The position numbers and the translations under genes were made by a program. From assembly GCA_964542305.1 (NCBI GenBank), contig CAZITX010000006.1:4172-68171 (forward strand): 64,000 bases of DNA. Reading direction: 5' to 3'. The notes beneath the pieces are model-generated. The model saw only the letters and a list, made by a program, of their open reading frames with translations, was not told the origin of the DNA and searched no databases. Shown here one piece after another: positions 7,782 to 13,220 of this stretch. This DNA comes from an uncultured Muribaculaceae bacterium (lineage in GTDB: Bacteria > Bacteroidota > Bacteroidia > Bacteroidales > UBA932). Position 1 is the first letter of the stretch; every line of letters begins with the position of its first letter.

Positions 7782-7789
7782 CAAAGATA
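7782..7789 (-). promoter_or_regulatory. -7 promoter box (TATCTTTG) upstream of tRNA-Thr
   Basis: The plus strand reads CAAAGATA, whose reverse complement is TATCTTTG. It lies 14 nt upstream of the mature tRNA 5' end. Confidence 0.4.
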
Positions 7790-7800
7790 AACAAAAAAAA

Positions 7801-7902
7801 CTGCGCCGCAAATGGAGTTTGCTGCGCCAGAGACCCGCAGTGAGTGCGCCACAAATGGAGATTGATGCGCCACAGACCCCACCTGCTGCGCCAAAATTTT
7901 GG
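7801..7902. repeat. ~42-nt tandem array (2.3 copies), each unit carrying a REP-like AAATGGAG(T/A)TTG(C/A)TGCGCCA core
   Basis: Units at 7803-7845, 7846-7887 and 7888-7902 (partial). REP cores lie at 7810-7829 and 7853-7873. Confidence 0.85.
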
Positions 7903-7921
7903 TGCAGTTAAAGTACGTTCG

Positions 7922-7929
7922 TACCTTTG
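7922..7929 (+). promoter_or_regulatory. -7 promoter box (TACCTTTG) for the flavoprotein gene
   Basis: Matches TAnnTTTG and lies 4 nt before the ATG at 7934. Confidence 0.4.
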
Positions 7930-7933
7930 GTAA

Positions 7934-9328
7934 ATGGATGTAATAGTAATAGGAGCAGGAGCTGCAGGCATGATGGCAGCGGGTACGGCGGCCGAGCGGG
8001 GAGCACGGGTTGTGTTGCTGGAGAAGATGGAGAAGCCGGGGCGTAAACTGGCCATTACCGGCAAAGGCCGTTGCAATATTACGAATCTTAAGGATTGGGA
8101 AGCGTTCAGCCCCCACGTCCATCCGCTAAAAAGGTATTTCAAGCCTGCATTTTATCAATTTACAAGTGAGGATACGGTGAATTTTTTCAATGACATTGGG
8201 TTGCCTACGGTTGTGGAACGCGGTACCCGGGTGTACCCGGCTTCACAACAGGCTTTTGATGTGATCGATGTTATGAAATCGTGGCTGGAACGTCTTGGCG
8301 TTCAGATAGTATACAATTCTCGGGTACTGGAATTCATTACGGAAGACAAAAGGGGCACAGATGATGATCGGGCTGCACAATCGGCAATGACCTCTGCGGG
8401 CGAAATTTCAGCAGAAGGCACCAGGGAGGTAGCAGGTCAACAGAAAGTTGACTCGGCAAAGACTAAGAAGGAGGACCTGCTGAAAATCAGGGCGGTGAAG
8501 GTGGAAGGCGCAGACGGTAAGTTCAGGTCTCTGGAAGCGGACCATTTCATCCTGGCCACGGGCGGACAGTCCTATCCCAGAACGGGTTCGACCGGAGACG
8601 GGTACCCTTTGGCCTCGGCTTTAGGACATACCATTGAGCCACTATTTCCGACGTTAACTGCCTTGATGCCTGTGAATTACGACCGAAGCCTGGAGGGGAT
8701 TCAACTGCGCAACGTGCGCCTGGAGCTTTACACCGAGCAGGTGCTCCGGCGTTCGGAAGACGGCGAACTGTATTTCACCAACCTCGGGATCGAAGGTCCT
8801 ATTGGCTTTCGCGTGAGCCGGCAAGCGGTCGTGGCCCTGAACAAGGGTCAACGCGTTGCCTTGCACCTGAATCTGAAACCCGCACTTACGCGGGAGCAAT
8901 TGATGGCTCGGTGGGAGCGGGAATCAATGGCCCGGTGGGAGCGGGAATCAATGGCCCGGTGGGAGCGGGAATCAATGGCCGTCGCGCTTTCCCTGCGATT
9001 GAAACGTTATTTGCCCGAGGCGTTGATTGCTCCCTTTATAAAATACCTTGCCGAGTCGGGGCTGCACCCTGTAGATGGTATGCTTCGATGGGTCTTTCCC
9101 ATAGCCTCTTACGGAGACTGGGCCCGGGCAGTCGTCACTGCAGGCGGAATTTCTATGAAAGAGATCGACCTACACACCATGCGTTCAAAACGCGTTGCAA
9201 ATTTATCGATTGCAGGTGAAGTCATGGATTTGGACGCAGACAGCGGCGGCTACAACCTCCAGATAGCCTTTGCTACCGGCAGGGTGGCGGGAAATGGCGC
9301 GGTAGGTGGAACCTTCCGCGCCAAATAA
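7934..9328 (+). CDS. HI0933/BaiN-type NAD(P)/FAD-dependent oxidoreductase (aminoacetone-oxidase family flavoprotein)
   Basis: 464 aa. FAD-binding motif VIVIGAGAAGMMAAGTAAERG, family motif ITGKGRCNITN, and C-terminal GGYNLQIAFATGRVAG. It carries two insertions and a REP-encoded tail (GGTFRAK). Confidence 0.85.
   Translation: MDVIVIGAGAAGMMAAGTAAERGARVVLLEKMEKPGRKLAITGKGRCNITNLKDWEAFSPHVHPLKRYFKPAFYQFTSEDTVNFFNDIGLPTVVERGTRVYPASQQAFDVIDVMKSWLERLGVQIVYNSRVLEFITEDKRGTDDDRAAQSAMTSAGEISAEGTREVAGQQKVDSAKTKKEDLLKIRAVKVEGADGKFRSLEADHFILATGGQSYPRTGSTGDGYPLASALGHTIEPLFPTLTALMPVNYDRSLEGIQLRNVRLELYTEQVLRRSEDGELYFTNLGIEGPIGFRVSRQAVVALNKGQRVALHLNLKPALTREQLMARWERESMARWERESMARWERESMAVALSLRLKRYLPEALIAPFIKYLAESGLHPVDGMLRWVFPIASYGDWARAVVTAGGISMKEIDLHTMRSKRVANLSIAGEVMDLDADSGGYNLQIAFATGRVAGNGAVGGTFRAK
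8903..8980 (+). repeat. 24-bp perfect or near-perfect tandem repeat, 3.25 copies, in frame (MARWERES x3)
   Basis: ATGGC(T/C)CGGTGGGAGCGGGAATCA at 8903-8926, 8927-8950 and 8951-8974, plus a partial copy at 8975-8980. Confidence 0.95.
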
Positions 9329-9405
9329 TTGAAGCTGTTTCTTATATGTCTAATAGTTAGATATATGGAAAATACGTTACTTTTTTGGCGCGCTAAGGTT
9401 CCACC
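9305..9405. repeat. Inverted REP doublet A (REPIN-like)
   Basis: 9305-9325 is GGTGGAACCTTCCGCGCCAAA. 9384-9405 is TTTGGCGCGCTAAGGTTCCACC, an inverted copy with a small indel. The spacer is 58 nt and AT-rich. The doublet overlaps the ends of both convergent genes. Confidence 0.9.
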
Positions 9406-10237
9406 TCCTAAGACTAGTTTCGGCAATATTCAACACTCTGCTTAATTGTTTAATTGATACCGGTAACTTTTGTCTGACACTTCTAGCCAGTCGGATTTTT
9501 TCGGTGACTGAAAGCTGTGGAATGGTTTTTGGTGAAATTTGTTTTAAAATCAACTGGCTTATATAGATATCCGGATACCTTACCTTCATTGAATATTGTA
9601 GAGATTCCAGCTCAGACTTCTCTTTATCAGTAGGATTGGATAATTTGATCATGGCCTTATCATAGGGTCCAAGATATTTTTCTACTTCTTTTATTTTCAA
9701 AAAGCTACCAGGATAAATGTGTCCTTTATTGTTTACACAGTAATGATCAGGTATTTGCTCTGACGAATAGGGTAGATTTGTATTCTTTTCAACTAGTTGA
9801 TAATCTTTGCCATAGTCGATTCCACGGTCTTTTTGATAATAATACCTGGCTGAACAAAAAGGATCGCTATAGGGATGTTTCACTGTTCCATGTCTGGTTG
9901 AATTGCGTAAAACATAAATCAGTTTCTCTATCAACTCTTCTTCATTTCTTGCCAAAACCGACACATATCCCCTGCTGCCTACACTTCCTTCAGTTTTGTA
10001 TTTATGATTGTAATAATTGGCATAGCTAACTCGTAATGCTTTAATAAAAAAGGAAGGATCTGTGCATCTTACAAATAGATGTAAATGGTTTGATAGAAAA
10101 TCATACGCAAGAACCTCCACATCGTATTTGTAGGCAAATACAGCCAGCAAATCAATCATATGATATATATCTTCTTTCTCCAGGAATAAGCTTTGATGCG
10201 CATTTCCTCTGATACATATGTGGCGGTAAATCTTCAT
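9377..10237 (-). CDS. REP-associated tyrosine transposase-like protein (HUH / Y1_Tnp, IS200-like fold) with a C-terminal HTH-like extension
   Basis: 286 aa. HUH motif FLSNHLHLFV (H51-L-H53) and Tyr motif LIYVLRNSTRHG (Y108). The C-terminal segment SVTEKIRLARSVRQKLPVSIKQLSRVLNIAETSLRRW looks like an HTH. REPs flank the gene on both sides. Confidence 0.8.
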   Translation of the reverse strand: MKIYRHICIRGNAHQSLFLEKEDIYHMIDLLAVFAYKYDVEVLAYDFLSNHLHLFVRCTDPSFFIKALRVSYANYYNHKYKTEGSVGSRGYVSVLARNEEELIEKLIYVLRNSTRHGTVKHPYSDPFCSARYYYQKDRGIDYGKDYQLVEKNTNLPYSSEQIPDHYCVNNKGHIYPGSFLKIKEVEKYLGPYDKAMIKLSNPTDKEKSELESLQYSMKVRYPDIYISQLILKQISPKTIPQLSVTEKIRLARSVRQKLPVSIKQLSRVLNIAETSLRRWNLSAPKK

Positions 10238-10290
10238 ATGATCAAAGAAAAGTACAATTTGTAGAATAAAAGGGACAAAAAAGATAAAGA

Positions 10291-10393
10291 GGTGGAACCT
10301 TCCGCGCCAAAAATCATCTAGATATTTTATAAATATCAGATTAACAAGGTGTTTATAAAATAGGGACTAATAAATGGCGCGGAAGGTTCCACC
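10291..10393. repeat. Inverted REP doublet B (REPIN-like)
   Basis: 10291-10313 is GGTGGAACCTTCCGCGCCAAAAA. 10375-10393 is the inverted copy TGGCGCGGAAGGTTCCACC. The spacer is 61 nt and AT-rich. Confidence 0.9.
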
Positions 10394-10980
10394 TAGATTA
10401 TCTTAAAATCCACTTCCGGCAGTACTCTTATCCTGGATCCGGGAGCAGCGGGTAAAGGCGTATGAAGCTCCAGAATTAGTAAATCTCCCATTTTCAAATA
10501 TACAAAACCTGATAAATGGGCTATTCTCTTTGCAACAAATTGGCTAGAGGGGATGGGAAATGTCAGCACTTGACGGTCATCCGCTTGGAGTGGATTATCG
10601 TCTTTTTGCATAGAAATTTGTTCAATTTGATCTTTGCCGAGGAAAGTCCTTGGCATGGACAAGGAGTAGTCGAGTGCGAGGCCGGGAATCCACAGGGATC
10701 CATTGTGCTTTATGTCTGCATTTGGATCCGAGTTAGTTTCTGATAAAACTTTCGGATGTCCGTAGATACAAACACCATAATTTACTTCTGAATAATACCT
10801 ATGAGCAAACTGTTCCTTTATACTTCTGCCTAAGCGGTTGAATTTGAGAATATAACATGAAGTGTAAGTAATACTTCCACAAACCGGGGGAATAAAAAAA
10901 TCATCTGTAGGTTTAGCCAGAGCCGTATCCGGTTTCATGTAAAAATCATCAGCCCCAAAAGGATAGGCAAAGAGTTTCAT
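10393..10980 (-). CDS. Short FAH-family-like protein, apparently degenerate (hypothetical)
   Basis: 195 aa. The segments FYMKPDTALAKP...FIPP, KEQFAHRYYSEV and LKMGDLLILE...G resemble the ~200-aa FAH-type proteins of Bacteroidota. The acidic metal-site positions look substituted. This rests on memory-based comparison only. Confidence 0.45.
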   Translation of the reverse strand: MKLFAYPFGADDFYMKPDTALAKPTDDFFIPPVCGSITYTSCYILKFNRLGRSIKEQFAHRYYSEVNYGVCIYGHPKVLSETNSDPNADIKHNGSLWIPGLALDYSLSMPRTFLGKDQIEQISMQKDDNPLQADDRQVLTFPIPSSQFVAKRIAHLSGFVYLKMGDLLILELHTPLPAAPGSRIRVLPEVDFKII

Positions 10981-11044
10981 AAATCAGGCAAACATTACGG
11001 TTCGTAAACCAAAAATGAAAGTATGGCGGAGTATTATGGGATTT

Positions 11045-11064
11045 GTGGCGCATCAAACTCCATC
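11045..11064. repeat. Solo REP unit (GTGGCGCATCAAACTCCATC, reverse complement GATGGAGTTTGATGCGCCAC) overlapping the exonuclease stop codon
   Basis: Same core as the units at 7810-7829, 7853-7873 and 11883-11905. Confidence 0.75.
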
Positions 11065-11820
11065 TGATAATTTAATCTCCGTGAGTACCTTTTTTGTATC
11101 CAGGGTGAAGTCGCCTCTCATCATCCAATCGTAGTAGGAGGGCTCTTTTTGAAATACTTCTTTTACACGGCGGCCTTTGTGTTTGCCAAAATTAAAGACG
11201 GGTTGATCTTCGTCATCAAGAACAACCCGACCGGCATAATCCAGATTGCGTGTTTTTGTAGAGAATTCTGAAAGAAAGCTTATTTCGTTTTGCAAGTCTT
11301 GCGGGTAGCGGTCCAGCTGGGCTTCCAGGATTTCATAAGTGGCAACTGTATCTGCTTCTGCACTATGTGCATTTTCAAGATCCTTATCACAATAGAATCT
11401 GTAGGCGGCTTTTAGTGTACGTTGTTCCATTTTATGGAATATGTTCTGTACATCTACAAGCTTGCGTTTACGGAAATTGAAATCTATGCCGGCACGTAAA
11501 AATTCTTCCGATAACATGGGAACGTCAAATCGGGTAGAATTATAACCTGCTATGTCACAACCTTCCATCCATTTGGCAAGCGATTTGGCGATCTCTTTAA
11601 AAGTAGGTTCATTAGCTACGTCTTCATTTGAAATACCATGAATAGCCTGAGCTTCAGGTGAAATGGGAATAGTAGGATTTATTCGCCTGGTTTTAATTTC
11701 GCGTGTACCATCGGGACTGATTTTAAGCACACATATCTCTACAATGCGATCAGAAGCAACATTCAATCCAGTTGTTTCAAGGTCCAGAAAAAGTATAGGT
11801 CGTTTGAGATTTAATTTCAT
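11053..11820 (-). CDS. DEDDh 3'-5' exonuclease (DnaQ / Pol III epsilon-like)
   Basis: 255 aa. Exo I motif FLDLETTG, Exo II motif GYNSTRFDVPML, Exo III motif HSAEADTVAT. It lies downstream of dnaN. Confidence 0.88.
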   Translation of the reverse strand: MKLNLKRPILFLDLETTGLNVASDRIVEICVLKISPDGTREIKTRRINPTIPISPEAQAIHGISNEDVANEPTFKEIAKSLAKWMEGCDIAGYNSTRFDVPMLSEEFLRAGIDFNFRKRKLVDVQNIFHKMEQRTLKAAYRFYCDKDLENAHSAEADTVATYEILEAQLDRYPQDLQNEISFLSEFSTKTRNLDYAGRVVLDDEDQPVFNFGKHKGRRVKEVFQKEPSYYDWMMRGDFTLDTKKVLTEIKLSDGV

Positions 11821-11882
11821 ATTATGGCTAATTATGGTGATCAGAATGCAAACTTACAAAAATTTATGGTGGCTGGTAGGTT

Positions 11883-11983
11883 AAATGGAGTTTGACTGCG
11901 CCAACAAAATCATCTGTTTTGTAATTTTCATAAATACAGATGTTTATGTTTACGAAAATAATGTGGCGCAGCAGTCTCCATTT
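11883..11983. repeat. Inverted REP doublet C (REPIN-like) in the dnaN/exonuclease spacer
   Basis: 11883-11905 is AAATGGAGTTTGACTGCGCCAAC. 11963-11983 is the inverted copy GTGGCGCAGCAGTCTCCATTT. The 57-nt AT-rich spacer begins AAAATCATCT, like the spacer of doublet B. Confidence 0.88.
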
Positions 11984-12068
11984 GACGGCCTAAAAACGCC
12001 ACAAGCACCGCAAATGCCTGGGTAGCCTGGGCATGAATATGCTGTCGCAGTTGTTACTTGCAGCCTTG

Positions 12069-13193
12069 TTACTGTGTGATCATCATGGGCATGATGAGGG
12101 CGCAGATCTCTTCGTTTTCCGAGTCCGGGGTGATGGGGGTGACTAAGCCGACGCGGGAGGGATCGCTCAGGGCGATGTTGACTTCGGTGCCGGGCAGGTT
12201 GGCGAGAATCTCGGCAAGGAATACGGATTTGAAGCCCATTTCTATTGCCGGGCCTTCGTACTGGCAGGTGATGCGTTCCTGGGCGGCTATGCGGAATTCA
12301 ATGTCCTGGGCGGATACAAAGATCTGGTTGGAGGAGAAGAGCAGTTTAATCAGGTTGGTGGCCTGGTTGGAGCATACGCTCACGCGGCGTACGGCATTCA
12401 TCAGTTCTACGCGGTCTGCAATGATGTTGTTGGGGTTGTTCTGGGGAATGACGCTGCGATAAGCAGGGTAGTTGCCTTCCACCAGCCGGCAGATCATGCG
12501 GTATGATCCAAATGAAAAGAAGGCGTTTGTTTTGTCGTAAGATATGACAATGTCGTCCTCAATTTTGACCAACAGGTTTTTGAGAATGTTAGCCGGTTTT
12601 TTGGGCAAAATGAAGGAGGAATCCTCGGGGGCGTTGATATCCGAACGGGTGTAGCAAACCAGTTTATGGGAATCGGAAGCAACCAGATTGGCAGCTTCTT
12701 TTTTCAGGTCAAAGAAGACTCCGTTCATTACGGGACGCAATTCTTCGTCACCGGCAGCAAAAAGCGTACGGTTTATACCTTCCAACAATACATCCGGCGA
12801 AAATGAAATTGACATACTTTCAACCGGTTCTTTGATCTGGGGATAATCCTCGGCCGGGAATCCGGGTACCTGGAATTTTCCCGTGGACCAGGTGAATTCA
12901 ATGATATTCTGTTCTTTGTTGAAAGCAAAAGTCAGCGGCTGCTCGGGAAATTCCTTCAAAGAATCTGTGAGAATACGCGCGGGAATGGCTACACTGCCTT
13001 CTTCTGTCACAGAATCCAGCTGCATGGTTGTGCGTAAGGTAGTCTCCAGGTCCGATGCTGTTATGGTAAGCGAGTCCCCGGTCAGATTGAACAGAAAATT
13101 GTCCAGAATGGGCAACGTATTTTTGGAAGCGATAACCCTGCTTACGGATTGAAGTCTTCCCAACAGTTCTGAGCTTGATACAACAAATTTCAT
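12069..13193 (-). CDS. dnaN: DNA polymerase III beta sliding clamp
   Basis: 374 aa. The N-terminus MKFVVSSSELLGRLQSVSRVIASKNTLPILDNFLF and overall length are typical of DnaN. Confidence 0.93.
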   Translation of the reverse strand: MKFVVSSSELLGRLQSVSRVIASKNTLPILDNFLFNLTGDSLTITASDLETTLRTTMQLDSVTEEGSVAIPARILTDSLKEFPEQPLTFAFNKEQNIIEFTWSTGKFQVPGFPAEDYPQIKEPVESMSISFSPDVLLEGINRTLFAAGDEELRPVMNGVFFDLKKEAANLVASDSHKLVCYTRSDINAPEDSSFILPKKPANILKNLLVKIEDDIVISYDKTNAFFSFGSYRMICRLVEGNYPAYRSVIPQNNPNNIIADRVELMNAVRRVSVCSNQATNLIKLLFSSNQIFVSAQDIEFRIAAQERITCQYEGPAIEMGFKSVFLAEILANLPGTEVNIALSDPSRVGLVTPITPDSENEEICALIMPMMITQ

Positions 13194-13220
13194 AAGTCTC
13201 TATTTTATCATACAAATATA

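Larger units (their letters stand above)
9305..10393 (-). mobile_element. RAYT-REP unit: a Y1 transposase-like gene flanked on both sides by inverted REP doublets
   Basis: Four GGTGGAACCTTCCGCGCCA units bracket the gene. GC is much lower than in neighbouring DNA. See the component features. Confidence 0.75.

Noticed and set aside
7801-7902. Possible CRISPR array. I also considered this for the tandem repeats at 1287-1339 and 8903-8980.
   Set aside because: The units abut each other without unique spacers, there are only 2-3 copies, no cas genes are present, and one repeat is in-frame coding sequence.
9329-11052. The RAYT islet as a defence island or toxin-antitoxin locus.
   Set aside because: It holds only two genes, a Y1 transposase-like gene and a FAH-like ORF. 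No nuclease, ATPase, toxin or antitoxin signatures are recognisable.
12019-12040. ATGCCTGGGTAGCCTGGGCAT as the dnaN terminator hairpin.
   Set aside because: Only a 5-bp stem (ATGCC/GGCAT) forms, and no T-run follows on the transcribed strand. GCCTGGG is a direct repeat, not an inverted one.
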